The notes: generated from the letters alone by a model not told the origin. Positions 1-10,488 are shown, numbered from the stretch's first letter. The stretch: DNA of 64,000 nucleotides from Ilyomonas sp. (GCA_965247435.1 OZ252019.1:5009586-5073585); one strand, 5' to 3'. Made by a program: numbers and translations.

Positions 1-2
1 AT

Positions 3-101
3 ACCGCTACGGCTGCCAACGCATCCTTAAAGGGCGATAAGATAACCGTAACGGCTACCGATACGCCCGACAATTTGTCAACCAAGCAAACTGTCCTTCC
101 T
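3..101 (+). CDS. 3' end of an unidentified protein (partial; ...ITVTATDTPDNLSTKQTVLP*)
   Basis: Open frame runs from the window edge to TAA near 99-101 and is followed by a strong terminator hairpin. No recognisable domain. Confidence 0.25.
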
Positions 102-181
102 TAACCATCGACGAAGGGGAGACGAAGGATCGACGAACAAATAGCTTACGCAAACAGGATGACATATTGACAAAAAAAGGC

Positions 182-217
182 ACAAACTCCGGTTTGTGCC
201 TTTTTTATTTGCCCTTA
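182..217. terminator. Rho-independent terminator hairpin (AAAAAAAGGCACAAA-CTCCGG-TTTGTGCCTTTTTT), bidirectional
   Basis: Perfect GC-containing stem flanked by an A-run and a T-run. The overlapping track ORF 167..391 is therefore spurious. Confidence 0.6.
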
Positions 218-448
218 TCCTTCAGGCTTATCAAAGTGATACTACTGTTTTGCAGGTATAGCGCTTTTTACTCCAATAATCATCATCCGTTTCACGTTGG
301 TTTAAATCCGTTTGGCGTGGTAACAGCGGCCGGCGCGGCCGGTAGTTTTGCTCTCTGGAAAAAACAGAGCATTTACAGCTTGTTACTTTAGAAGACCGGC
401 AGCAAATTCTCAGCATCACTAATTATTACCGTATTAAAAGATCACAAC

Positions 449-1249
449 ATGTTAGCAGCAACACCAGCCAAACCCCGCCTTGCAACAAGCGCTCCCCTTA
501 AAAAGCCAAAAGCGGCCCTATTGCTTTTGCTGTTCTTCGTTTGCTACCCGGCAGGCGTCTATACCATCTGGAAGGGAGGCAAGATCAACGTGTGGCTCAA
601 ATGGCTGTACACGATTGTTGGTTTCCCCCTCTTTCTCCTGCTGTACGCGTTTATCGGCATCGTAGTGTTCGCGTCCTTCCTCCCGGAACTCGACCGCACC
701 ATCGGTGTGCGCAGCGACCGTACCATCGTTAATTCCACCGATCATTACAGCGTTACCTTTTTAAAGACGAGCAAAGAAACCGGCGGCGCGTATGAAGAAG
801 TAAAAGTAGTGCTCGAGCCAAAGGGCGGCAACGACTGGCATTACCATAAAGACTTTGTAGAGCGGTTTCATGTGCTGGATGGGGAGCTAACTGTAGGCAT
901 GGAGGGAAAGGGCGTGGTGATCACCATGGGGCAGGACACCGTTGCCCGCAAAGGCCTGATGCATAAGTTTTACAACACGTCTGATAAACCGGTGACCTTT
1001 ACGGTAAAAATAGAGCCCGCCCGCAGCTTTGAGAAAACCATCCGCTCCGCTTACGGGTTGATGAACACCGGCGGGTCTGCGCCCGACGGGATGCCTAAAA
1101 ACCCCTGGCATTTATTCCTGATATTGGGCTACAGCGATTCGTACCTGCCGGGTATTCCCGGCTTTATCCAGGAGCCATTAATACAGGCCCTCGCTAAAAT
1201 TGCACAGTGGAAAGGAGCCGACAGGGAATTAGCGCCTTTTTACCGGTAA
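449..1249 (+). CDS. Membrane-anchored cupin-domain protein
   Basis: N-terminal hydrophobic helices, then a cupin-like core (WHYHKDFVERFHVLDGELTV...GQD). Confidence 0.55.
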   Translation: MLAATPAKPRLATSAPLKKPKAALLLLLFFVCYPAGVYTIWKGGKINVWLKWLYTIVGFPLFLLLYAFIGIVVFASFLPELDRTIGVRSDRTIVNSTDHYSVTFLKTSKETGGAYEEVKVVLEPKGGNDWHYHKDFVERFHVLDGELTVGMEGKGVVITMGQDTVARKGLMHKFYNTSDKPVTFTVKIEPARSFEKTIRSAYGLMNTGGSAPDGMPKNPWHLFLILGYSDSYLPGIPGFIQEPLIQALAKIAQWKGADRELAPFYR

Positions 1250-1314
1250 AGCCCGGCGCCTTCGCTCGTTGCCTGCCGTAGCTTTTCAACAGCCGCTATT
1301 GCTTTGCATCGGCT

Positions 1315-2760
1315 TTATTCTTTAATAAACCGTACCGAACCGGTGCTGCTGCCGCTGCTCACATTTACTACATAATACCCCGGCTTCAGCCTGCTTACAT
1401 TCAGCGTTGCCGTGGCTTGCTGCTCCACTGCAGCGCTCAGCCATACATGGCCGCCGGCATCCGCTATCACTATTGCATTGGCCGTGCCGGCATCAAGCCC
1501 GTTTAGCGTAAGCACATCATGCACAGGATTAGGATAAATAGTGATACTGGTCTTTGTAGCCCCCAGCGGTGCGGTATAGTTTGTTGTATCGGTATAGAGT
1601 GTAAGATCGGTGGCAATGCGGTTAGTAACGGTTGCATAGTATCTTCCGCTAACTGCAGGGTGAAAAGTAGAGTCGCCCCTGATCGTGCTTACAGCCGCGC
1701 TCCCTATCTTAAACCACTTGTAGGTATTATTGCTTAAGGTGCCGCCTGCCGACACCGCTAAGGTGGTGGCCTGTTTGTGTATGCTTATTTGCGCCTGCGG
1801 TGTATAAATTATGTTGGGGTATTTATTTTTCTGGCCAAACAGCTCGTTGCCATCAAACGTAAAATGGTTATACCCGATATTCATAAACACCCGGCTGTTA
1901 CCTAACTGGATAGTCGTATCAATATTATGGTTGAACGCCAGCCTGTTTTCACTTAAATCGAGAATGATAAGGTTCTTCAAATCTGTTATCGAAGTGGGAA
2001 TACCGCCCGTAAGGTTGTTGCGGTCGAAATACGAATACCGCAGGTTAATAAGGCTGCCGAGGGTAGCAGGTAATACGCCGCTCAGCTTATTGTTCCGCAA
2101 CACTAAGTTCAGCAAATTGGTAAGCTTGCCCAAAGAAGGCGGAATGGCGCCGGTAAGCCCGTTATCCGATAAATATAAATCGGTAAGGCCGGTAAGGTCG
2201 CCGATCACCGCAGGGAGGGTATCGCTTAGCTGGTTTACCGCTATGTTGATATACTTTATTTTGGTAAGCTTACCGATAGAAGCAGGTATAATACCCGTTA
2301 GCCGGTTGTTGAGCAGGTTTAAATAGAGCAGTTTTTTAAGGTTGCCGATAACAATCGGTACCCGGCCATTGAGCTTGCAGGTTTCTAAGTTCAGATAAGC
2401 AAGATTGATAAGATTACCGATGGTTGGAGGAATGGGGCCGCTTAAGTTGTAATTATATCCCAGGTCCAGCGTATCCAGTTCAGACAGGTTGCCGACAGAA
2501 GCAGGAAGTGCTCCGTTTAATTCGTTGTTGCGCAATACAATTTGCTTTACCCTCGTACCGGCTACAACAACTCCATACCATGTCTTTACCGGTCCGCCGA
2601 GCCAGTTGGTGCGCATTGTCCAGCCACGCCCGTTGGTGCTGTTGTAGAGGTCTATCAGGGCCAGCGAATCGGTAGTGTTTACAGCCTGCGCAGTAGCAAA
2701 AGTGGAGGCCTGCAGGGAAATAATAATTGCCAGGTAAAAGAAGAGGTGTTTGGTTTTCAT
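1315..2760 (-). CDS. Secreted leucine-rich-repeat protein with T9SS C-terminal sorting domain
   Basis: Signal peptide; many LxxLxLxxNxLxGxIP repeats; C-terminal Por_Secre_tail-like segment (ITIYPNPVHDVLTLNGL...YYVVNV...VRFIKE). Confidence 0.75.
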   Translation of the reverse strand: MKTKHLFFYLAIIISLQASTFATAQAVNTTDSLALIDLYNSTNGRGWTMRTNWLGGPVKTWYGVVVAGTRVKQIVLRNNELNGALPASVGNLSELDTLDLGYNYNLSGPIPPTIGNLINLAYLNLETCKLNGRVPIVIGNLKKLLYLNLLNNRLTGIIPASIGKLTKIKYINIAVNQLSDTLPAVIGDLTGLTDLYLSDNGLTGAIPPSLGKLTNLLNLVLRNNKLSGVLPATLGSLINLRYSYFDRNNLTGGIPTSITDLKNLIILDLSENRLAFNHNIDTTIQLGNSRVFMNIGYNHFTFDGNELFGQKNKYPNIIYTPQAQISIHKQATTLAVSAGGTLSNNTYKWFKIGSAAVSTIRGDSTFHPAVSGRYYATVTNRIATDLTLYTDTTNYTAPLGATKTSITIYPNPVHDVLTLNGLDAGTANAIVIADAGGHVWLSAAVEQQATATLNVSRLKPGYYVVNVSSGSSTGSVRFIKE

Positions 2761-3120
2761 AAGCTCTGTATTTGATGTGGAGAAGAGCGTGCTGGTGGTA
2801 AAGATACTTCATTTAAGAAATAGCAACTTCACCAAAAATAGTATGCGCTTCCCGGCACCATATTGCTTTGCTTATTCCGCTATACTGCCTTCTTTATATA
2901 CTGCCCCTGCTGCATAAACAGTTAGGATATCTAAAAGTGAAAGAGGCAGTATATTATTCCCTATCGCTTCCTACCTGATCGAATGTATATAACAAACGTA
3001 GTTATTCACTGATGATTTGCGCTGGCTCAGTTGTGTACTAATTTTGAAGCCGCGCAAACCAAAGTACATAAGTTGCCCTCCCCGGTCCGGCGCCTTGCTG
3101 ATGTACTGCTCTTTCGGCTT

Positions 3121-3903
3121 TTAGTGTATAAACTGTGGAGTGGTTAAAGGAGCGGCCTGTTGTGTTGCAGGTACGGGGATAAGCTTTATAATAGTAAGCT
3201 TGTCCATGAGCTTCATAACAAGAAACGTCATATCAAACTCAAACCATTTGCGTGCAAAATTGGCATTGTGTTTTGCATGGTGATGGTTGTTTTGAAACAA
3301 CTCGCCCATTAGCAAAACGCCCCACGGTGAAGAGTTTTTGGAATGGTCGCCATTATCGTAATTGCTGTACCCGTATTTGTGTCCGCACCAGTTAACGATA
3401 GCGCCCTGTATAGGCCCCATTAAAAAATGTATAGGCAACAACAGGAACCAATACCAGGACGGGGCGTATAGGATATAAAGGGTAGTATAAGCGGCAGCAA
3501 AGACTAACCTTGTTATGATGTGATGACCAATGGCATCCATCCGTTTCCAGGCCGGTAAATATTCTTTTACAAACTGGGGTTCCGGTGTGTTTTTTCCGGT
3601 GTTAAACGAGCGAAAAATTTTAATCGTATTAAACATCATCTGCCATACATCCTTAAAAAAGTGCGGTGAATGCGGATCTTTTTCGGTGTCGCTGTAGGTG
3701 TGATGCATACGGTGCATAACGCCATAAGCGCGGGGAACCAAATAAGAGGAACCCTGCACCAGCCAGGTGGACACATAAAACACTTTTTCCCAACCTTTAC
3801 TGGTAGTGTACATTTGATGAGAAGCAAAACGATGAAGGAAGAAAGAGTGAAAGAAAAGAGACAAAAACCAATGGAGAAGAAAGAACAGGATAATGACTTG
3901 CAT
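3121..3903 (-). CDS. Acyl-CoA/acyl-lipid fatty acid desaturase (delta-9 type)
   Basis: Membrane protein with histidine boxes (HRMHHTYSDTEKDPHSP, HHHAKHNANFARKWFEFD) typical of stearoyl-CoA-desaturase-like enzymes. Confidence 0.8.
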   Translation of the reverse strand: MQVIILFFLLHWFLSLFFHSFFLHRFASHQMYTTSKGWEKVFYVSTWLVQGSSYLVPRAYGVMHRMHHTYSDTEKDPHSPHFFKDVWQMMFNTIKIFRSFNTGKNTPEPQFVKEYLPAWKRMDAIGHHIITRLVFAAAYTTLYILYAPSWYWFLLLPIHFLMGPIQGAIVNWCGHKYGYSNYDNGDHSKNSSPWGVLLMGELFQNNHHHAKHNANFARKWFEFDMTFLVMKLMDKLTIIKLIPVPATQQAAPLTTPQFIH

Positions 3904-4310
3904 GCGCTAAAAGATAGATTTTTATAAACCGGCAGAAAGCCTGCTGTCTATATTTACAAAATGAAAATACGAATAATACCGCTAACCGGATTACTTTTTA
4001 TCAGTATAGAATGTTATAAAAGATAGATGGGTGCATTCTGTTAAAACATCTTCTCTTCTAAACTATTCTTTGGCTTGTTATCTTTTCATCAATGTGTTGA
4101 CCATACAGTGCCCTGATACTGTGGCAAACAACAGAACTGAATGTTGGAGCAATATCCGCCGCTACACAATGCACAACGATATAGTTACTAAACAAATTGA
4201 TTTTTTAACAGCCTGAAACCAACAGGCGATAAACTACCGGCTTTCTGAAGAAAGAAATAACAGATTGCCAAAAGAGCCTGCGCGGCTTATAAATGCCTGC
4301 GTTTTTGCCG

Positions 4311-4589
4311 TCACTTTTCTTCTCTTTTTACTTCAAACTTTTCGAAAGAACGGTCGGGCATATCCGTTACCATTACTTCTTTCACCCTGGCTAATTTTGG
4401 TCCTGCATGGCACCACGCTATATAAATCTGTAAAGCTGCTTCACTGCCGCTGGCCATTATTTCCACGTGCCCGTCTTCTGTATTGCGTACCCATCCGCTT
4501 ATGCCTTGGGTTTCGGCTGTTTCTTTAGCTGTATTTCTATAAAAAACGCCCTGTACTTTTCCTTTTATCAGCAGGTGAACCGTTGGCAT
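4311..4589 (-). CDS. acyP: Acylphosphatase
   Basis: VHLLIKGKVQGVFYRNTAKETAETQGISGWVRNTEDGHVEIMASG matches the acylphosphatase signature. The N-terminal extension in the track ORF is probably not translated (first ATG taken at MPTVH). Confidence 0.7.
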   Translation of the reverse strand: MPTVHLLIKGKVQGVFYRNTAKETAETQGISGWVRNTEDGHVEIMASGSEAALQIYIAWCHAGPKLARVKEVMVTDMPDRSFEKFEVKREEK

Positions 4590-4892
4590 AAGTAATACAT
4601 TTATCAGGCGCAAATATAAATTGCGGGTAGTGTCTCCCTTTAAAATAACCAGCCTAACCTGCCAGATAAAGCAAAATTTTTTACCTCCAAAGTCTTTCAA
4701 CCTGGCAGGTTATACTATCTCCTTTTCATAACAATATTCAAAATAATACACTGCCAAATTGTGGCCTGCTTGCCGTACTTATTACAAAGAGCATTTAAAT
4801 AAAAGATTGCAGATTAACCACAACCTTATATTAAATATGATTGGTTTTTTTTGCTGTGCCTGTTTACTTCCCGCCGGTTCTTTTCTATTATT

Positions 4893-5034
4893 TGAGTACT
4901 TATTACACTGTAACTTAAGTTAGTTTACATATCCTGTATAGTCCGGATGTTGCGGCGCCACCCGGTAGCATGGCTATGGGCGGGCGTCCCCGCCTGCCTA
5001 AAACTTGAAATAATTTAAGTTACACTGTACTTAC
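4893..5034. repeat. MITE/REP-like element: about 17-bp terminal repeats (ACAsTGTAACTTAArTT) flanking a GC-rich roughly 75-nt core that contains GGCGTCCCCGCC
   Basis: TTACACTGTAACTTAAGTTA at 4893-4912 and TTAAGTTACACTGTACTTAC at 5015-5034. The repeats are near-palindromic, so they read as both direct and inverted repeats. The core is far more GC-rich than the flanks. Confidence 0.35.
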
Positions 5035-5037
5035 AAA

Positions 5038-5643
5038 CTATAAAAACATAAAACTTAAAAAAGAAGTCAATGCACGCGCACCTGTAAAGGAAGTTGTTTT
5101 GGGGAAGATAGTTCCCAACAACTCTTCAAGGCTGTAAAAGATGGTAGTACGCTGCATAAATGTAGCCGATGTTTTAGAAGATACATTTTCCAGTAAGGTA
5201 TAAGTAAATGCACCTTTCAGCAACTGTGGCACCGCTGTATGTTCCCGGGTAACATCTGTTTGCACTTTCTGTTTTCCTGCAAACAAACCACGCAACCCGA
5301 AGAACCCGGGGACTACTTTTTGACGCTGTTGCGCACTGCTTTTACCATCGTTTTCTACCACTATTTTATAGCGCTTGTTGAGCGGCGCAATACTTAAATA
5401 ATAGATAGCATGTCCCTGTCCGCAAGCCACCTGCGAGTCGCTCATGGCAAGCCGCACGGTAAGCCTGCTATACGTAGCTTTTAATTGCTGTTGTGCATCT
5501 TCCATACACCGGAAACCTTTACCCTGGAAAAAGGAAACAAACGCGTTTTTAGTAGCCGGCGCAAACCCGATAGGTGCAGTTGCAGACAACGTTGTTTCTT
5601 CGGCTAATGGCTGTACAGATAGCGTAACATTTGGTGAAAGCAT
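5038..5643 (-). CDS. Hypothetical protein
   Basis: 201-aa ORF with reasonable coding character. No motif I can name confidently. Confidence 0.4.
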   Translation of the reverse strand: MLSPNVTLSVQPLAEETTLSATAPIGFAPATKNAFVSFFQGKGFRCMEDAQQQLKATYSRLTVRLAMSDSQVACGQGHAIYYLSIAPLNKRYKIVVENDGKSSAQQRQKVVPGFFGLRGLFAGKQKVQTDVTREHTAVPQLLKGAFTYTLLENVSSKTSATFMQRTTIFYSLEELLGTIFPKTTSFTGARALTSFLSFMFL

Positions 5644-6045
5644 GGCAGTAAAATTTTTGAGGATGATACCGGATTCAGCAACAATTTTATAGTGGCAATG
5701 CAGTAAAAAATCAGTGCGGAATACTGGACAATTAAGTGCTTTGTAAAAGTATGACCGGCATTAGTGTACTGGCATTAAAGATTGCCAAAAATGCTTAAAG
5801 GTTGCTTAATAAAAAAGACGGTTGTTTGCTATAGGTATTAAGGATTGCGGGTTGATTACCAATGAATACAAACAGGAATAATGCACTCAATTGTTAGTAC
5901 TTATTAAATTCTTACCGACAAGCCGATTCAACCTTGTAACCCACAACAGATCACCCGCAACCCGCCACTTATAACCTATAACCGGGTGGCCGCTATTCGT
6001 AGTTTGTAATTTTAAACCGCAACATTTACCAGCTAAACAAAAGCA

Positions 6046-7278
6046 TTACTGTTTTTTCGTTGCCTCTTCTATACTTTGTACTACTGTTTTGCAGGCAGCT
6101 ATTAATTCTTCTTCCGAAATAATCAACGGCGGTGCTATGCGCATACGTTCCGGCGCAAATAAAAACCAGTCGGTAATTAAACCGTTGGCTAAACACTGGC
6201 GTACCACCGCAAGATTAATTTCAAAGCTGTTAAACCCAATGGATGCCCATAATCCGCTGCTCTTAAGAGAAGTAATCGCCGGGTGTTGCAGATACCGGCA
6301 AAGCAGTTGCTCTTTATTTTTAACCTGTGCTATGCAATTGCTTTGGAGCAACACTTCCAGCGCGGCCTTTCCGGCAGCACACGAAACCGGGTGACCGCCA
6401 AATGTGGTAATATGTCCCAGCACCGGGTTGTGCGTCAGGGTCTGCATCCGTTCGTACCCGGCAACAAAAGCACCCAGCGGCATGCCGCCACCCAAAGCTT
6501 TACCCAGCAATAAAATATCCGGTATCACGTCGGTTTGCTCAAACGCCCACAACGAGCCGGTTCTGCCAAAGCCGGCCTGTATCTCGTCAAAAATCAGCAG
6601 CACTCCATGCTTGTCGCAGGCTTTCCGCAGCGCAGCCAGCCAACCCTCCGGCGGCCGGGTGATACCGCTTTCTGCCTGCACCGGCTCGGCCAGCACGCAG
6701 GCTACTGTTTCGTCAACAGCAATAATGGCCGCTTCACTTCCATAATTATAGTGATATATTTCGGGCAATAGCGGCCGGTATGCATTCCGGTAGTATTCGC
6801 TGCCCATGGCACTTAGTGCGCCCTGCGTACTGCCATGGTAGCTGTTGTTGAATGCAATAATTTTTGTTCTGCCGGTGCTGCGCTTGGCCAGCTTCATGGC
6901 GCCTTCCGTAGCTTCTGCACCGCTGTTGGTAAAATAAACGCAGTTGAGCGATGGCGGCAGGAGGCCCGTTAATAGCTGCGCATAGGTTACCTGCGGGCTT
7001 TGTACAAATTCGCCATACACGATGAGGTGCATATACGATGCTGCCTGCTGCTGCACGGCTGCTACCACTTTTGGATGGCTGTGGCCGATATTGGCTACAC
7101 TAAAACCGGAAATTAGATCAAGATACACTGTATTGTTAACGTCATATTGATAAATGCCGCTTGCACGCACAATCTCCAGCCCGATAGGCGCAGGCGATGT
7201 CTGGGCAATATGGCGAAGGAATAAGGAACGGTTATCCATATAAGTTGACGGATGAAAGGTGATGGGTGACAGCAGCAA
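6046..7278 (-). CDS. Class-III (PLP-dependent) aminotransferase, a second copy distinct from argD
   Basis: LIFDEIQAGFGRTGSLWAFE and the lysine-region motifs of acetylornithine/GABA/ornithine aminotransferases. The true start may be the internal Met (MDNRSL..., about 7239). Confidence 0.8.
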   Translation of the reverse strand: MLLSPITFHPSTYMDNRSLFLRHIAQTSPAPIGLEIVRASGIYQYDVNNTVYLDLISGFSVANIGHSHPKVVAAVQQQAASYMHLIVYGEFVQSPQVTYAQLLTGLLPPSLNCVYFTNSGAEATEGAMKLAKRSTGRTKIIAFNNSYHGSTQGALSAMGSEYYRNAYRPLLPEIYHYNYGSEAAIIAVDETVACVLAEPVQAESGITRPPEGWLAALRKACDKHGVLLIFDEIQAGFGRTGSLWAFEQTDVIPDILLLGKALGGGMPLGAFVAGYERMQTLTHNPVLGHITTFGGHPVSCAAGKAALEVLLQSNCIAQVKNKEQLLCRYLQHPAITSLKSSGLWASIGFNSFEINLAVVRQCLANGLITDWFLFAPERMRIAPPLIISEEELIAACKTVVQSIEEATKKQ

Positions 7279-7484
7279 AATTAGCTGCTGCCCGGTGGCA
7301 TGGCGTAAAAGATTATAATACCTGTTATCTGGCTTTCAGCAATAGCACCGATAGCTCAATCATCCGTTTTTCATGAAGATTAGTTACTGATTCGACCTGC
7401 TCTAATCCATGTTCAAAAGAATATACAAATATTACTTTGTAAAGCTTACAGCTTTTTGTGTCCTTTGCAGCATAATAAAAAAGT

Positions 7485-8003
7485 ATGGCTATCATTCTTC
7501 CGGTTTTGGGTAAAGAACCGCAAATGGGCAACAATTGTTTCCTGGCTCCGAATGCCACGGTAGTCGGTGATGTAATTATGGGTGACGATTGCAGCGTTTG
7601 GTTTAATGCGGTAGTGCGGGGCGATGTAAACTATATCCGCATCGGCAATATGGTGAATGTACAGGACAATGTGGTTATCCACTGCACATTCGAGAAGCAC
7701 CCTACCACTATCGGCAACAAGGTATCTATTGGTCATAGTGCCATCGTACATGGCTGCACGGTACACGACAATGTGCTGATTGGTATGGGCGCTATTATTA
7801 TGGACAGGTGTATTGTACACTCCAATTCCATTATTGCGGCCGGCGCCGTTGTGCTGGAAGGTACCATTGTAGAGGCCGGAAGTATCTATGCCGGCGTGCC
7901 GGCAAAAAAAGTAAAAAATATTGCTCCCGAAAAAATAACCGGTGAAATAAACCGCATTGCCGGTAATTATGTGAAATATGCAGGCTGGTTTAAAAAAAAT
8001 TAA
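7485..8003 (+). CDS. Gamma-class carbonic anhydrase / hexapeptide-repeat (PaaY/CaiE-like) protein
   Basis: Left-handed beta-helix hexapeptide repeats over about 170 aa, with the conserved His-containing motifs of the gamma-CA family. Confidence 0.8.
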   Translation: MAIILPVLGKEPQMGNNCFLAPNATVVGDVIMGDDCSVWFNAVVRGDVNYIRIGNMVNVQDNVVIHCTFEKHPTTIGNKVSIGHSAIVHGCTVHDNVLIGMGAIIMDRCIVHSNSIIAAGAVVLEGTIVEAGSIYAGVPAKKVKNIAPEKITGEINRIAGNYVKYAGWFKKN

Positions 8004-8088
8004 TTTTTTATGCAGCGAAACAAAAAGAGCTTTTGTCTGTTATAATAGGATAGCTTTTCTTACAACAAAACTAATTGCTTATTTTATT

Positions 8089-8268
8089 ATGGTTTTCGGA
8101 CCCTTCAGAAAAGCTATCCCTTTTTTTTGCATTGTGTTTGTTTGTACCTCTTGTGCTGTAAAGCGGGGATGTCCAAGCAACGGAGCCAATATCGGTGCTG
8201 AAAGAATTTTAAGTGGTGACCCCAAGGCAATAAAAGCAATAAAGAAAGGAAAAAAGTTTAAAGCTTAA
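8089..8268 (+). CDS. Small putative lipoprotein (59 aa)
   Basis: Signal peptide with a lipobox-like VCTSC, then a Lys-rich roughly 37-aa mature peptide. Lies in an AT-rich intergenic stretch. Confidence 0.3.
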   Translation: MVFGPFRKAIPFFCIVFVCTSCAVKRGCPSNGANIGAERILSGDPKAIKAIKKGKKFKA

Positions 8269-8302
8269 CATATATAAAAGCAAATAATGGGGGAAACGAG
8301 CT

Positions 8303-8578
8303 ATGCATCCAATTTATCACACTACCACTACCGAAAAGGTTATTAACGAAACAGGCAGCCTTACCGAATTTTATAATCTTACCAATAAGCTCAGCAAAAC
8401 AAGATTTGTACGCTTTACCGGCAAAAACGATGAGGCCGACAATATTGAGTGGCGTTTTACCTATCGCGGCCGAAAGCTCGTATTGCAGTACAATATATAT
8501 AGTGGTGTATCGCTGCATACAGCGTATAGCAAAGACAGTAAGGCAATAAACAAACTGGCCGATTTGCTGCGCAGGTAG
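8303..8578 (+). CDS. Hypothetical small protein (91 aa)
   Basis: ORF followed about 120 nt downstream by an intrinsic terminator. No recognisable domain. Confidence 0.35.
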   Translation: MHPIYHTTTTEKVINETGSLTEFYNLTNKLSKTRFVRFTGKNDEADNIEWRFTYRGRKLVLQYNIYSGVSLHTAYSKDSKAINKLADLLRR

Positions 8579-8699
8579 CAGCCATCTCCGATTCATTCAA
8601 TTTATTATCTTTTTTTATAAAGCGCGATGCGTCTTTATTGCTTGTTTTTAAAGGAAAGGTTCAATGGCTTTTCGCGTAACCGTGTAAGCTGTTTCATAA

Positions 8700-8726
8700 C
8701 CTGGTGTAAGAACACCAGGTTTTTTA
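8700..8726 (+). terminator. Rho-independent terminator (CCTGGTGT-AAGA-ACACCAGG + T6)
   Basis: Perfect 8-bp stem followed by TTTTTT. Confidence 0.55.
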
Positions 8727-8827
8727 TTTCCCTGCATATCGCAACAGCCGGCCGAAGCGGTTATTATTGTACACAGAAAAACAATATTTCCTGAATAGCC
8801 TTGCTTTTTGTTTAATAATACAACCTC

Positions 8828-9754
8828 TTAAAAACGCTTTTCTTCTATTGTATCCAGGATATTCAGGTAGCTGACATAGCGGTCTGCAGACACAGCGCCT
8901 TCGTTTACGGCTTCTTTTACAGCACAGTCCGGCTCGTTGATGTGAAGGCAGTTATTGTAGCGGCAATCATTTATCAGCTTGCGCATCTCGGGGAAATAGT
9001 GAGAAAGCTCCTGCTTAGGAATATCTATTACCCCAAATTCGCGGATGCCGGGCGTATCTATAATTTTCCCTTCAAACGGCAGATCAAACATTTCGGCAAA
9101 GGTGGTTGTGTGCATGCCTTTGCCGCTCCAGTCGCTTACTTCGGTAGTGCGCAGGTTGGTGCCGGGCAGCATCGCATTAATAAAGGTGGACTTGCCCACG
9201 CCGCTATGCCCGCTTAATAAGGTCACTTTGCCGTGCAGTAAATCTTTCAGCTCCTGCAGTCCTTCGCCCGTTTGCATGCTCAGCTTCCTTACCGGGTAGC
9301 CACAGGCTTCATAAATGTTTTTTACTTCTTCAAATTTGTCCGTTTCTTTTTGCCGGTACACATCTGCTTTATTAAATACAATAATTGCCGGCACATGGTA
9401 CGCTTCTGCCGAAACGAGGAACCGGTCTATAAACCCCTGCGAGGTGCGTGGCTCGCGGATGGTAGCAAACAGTAAAGTCTGGTCCAGGTTAGACGCAATG
9501 ATGTGGTGCTGATTTCTGTTGTGCGGCGAGCTGCGGGCAATATAGTTTTTGCGGTTTTCAATATGTGTAATAGTAGCCGTATCGCCCTCATCCGTCTCAG
9601 GCATTACCTGTACCATATCGCCTACCGCAATGGGATTGGTAGAAGTAATACCATCAATCTTAAATATTCCTTTTATACGGGCATTAAACTGCTGCCCGTT
9701 GTCGGTTTTTACTATGTACCAGCTACCGGTAGATTTATAAATAAGCGCCTGCAT
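8828..9754 (-). CDS. rsgA: Ribosome small-subunit-dependent GTPase A
   Basis: Circularly permuted GTPase motifs (SGHSGVGKSTFINAM) and a C-terminal zinc-finger (CRYNNCLHINEPDCAV). Confidence 0.85.
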   Translation of the reverse strand: MQALIYKSTGSWYIVKTDNGQQFNARIKGIFKIDGITSTNPIAVGDMVQVMPETDEGDTATITHIENRKNYIARSSPHNRNQHHIIASNLDQTLLFATIREPRTSQGFIDRFLVSAEAYHVPAIIVFNKADVYRQKETDKFEEVKNIYEACGYPVRKLSMQTGEGLQELKDLLHGKVTLLSGHSGVGKSTFINAMLPGTNLRTTEVSDWSGKGMHTTTFAEMFDLPFEGKIIDTPGIREFGVIDIPKQELSHYFPEMRKLINDCRYNNCLHINEPDCAVKEAVNEGAVSADRYVSYLNILDTIEEKRF

Positions 9755-9828
9755 TGTACCGGCGAAGATAGTAAGGGATTAGCCTGCGAACCATCAAAGT
9801 GATTACAGCAGTACCTGTAAGTAGTACA

Positions 9829-10218
9829 TTAATTTCCTGCCCAGTAATCAATTACCAGCACTTTATCAAGATAAGGGGTAAGTACCGCAACAAATGCTTT
9901 ATGAGCAGGGTGCTGCAAATAGACCGCGCGGTCCTTCTCGCTGCTGAAGGAAACAAAGAAGCAATGGGTAAATCCCTGGTTCAGGTTTTCCGGACTGTTG
10001 TTGGTGCCCCACTCAAACGCTTTTACCACACTTATCTGCGATGGCAAAGCCCGGAAAGCATCTTCTACTTTTTTAATGTCCTCGGGTTTGGTGCCTTCTT
10101 TAAATTTAAACAACACTACGTGGCGTAGCATTTTACCGCCGGCGGTATCAAGGGCGCGGGCATGTACTAAGGGCGCTGAGCATACAAACAATAGCAATAA
10201 CAGGAAAGCAGTTTTCAT
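9829..10218 (-). CDS. Dabb-family stress-responsive A/B-barrel protein (secreted)
   Basis: Signal peptide plus a roughly 100-aa Dabb-like domain (HVVLFKFKEGT...). Confidence 0.6.
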   Translation of the reverse strand: MKTAFLLLLLFVCSAPLVHARALDTAGGKMLRHVVLFKFKEGTKPEDIKKVEDAFRALPSQISVVKAFEWGTNNSPENLNQGFTHCFFVSFSSEKDRAVYLQHPAHKAFVAVLTPYLDKVLVIDYWAGN

Positions 10219-10488
10219 AGTTGTAATTTTTTACAAGATAGCAAAGCCGGCATTTATTAAAGAGATAGTTTGTAAATAAACCATTTAACCGATATTTTAA
10301 AGTTAACTGCCGGCAAACAATTTGGTTTTGGCACATAAAAAAAGGCACCGCTTACGCAATGCCTTTCATTCTTCAACCTTCAAAAAACATATTCAATTTT
10401 AATCCCTGCTACCACACCTGTACAGGTACGGTAAAAGGAGAATAAAAAGTTTGGTTTGTACAATAATTTTTTGGTTAATAAAAAAGGA

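Noticed and set aside
167-391. 74-aa track ORF
   Set aside because: It runs straight through a strong intrinsic-terminator hairpin and has no coding character. Treated as noncoding.
1811-2326. 171-aa plus-strand ORF
   Set aside because: Antisense to the well-supported LRR/T9SS gene. Repetitive sequence keeps frames open.
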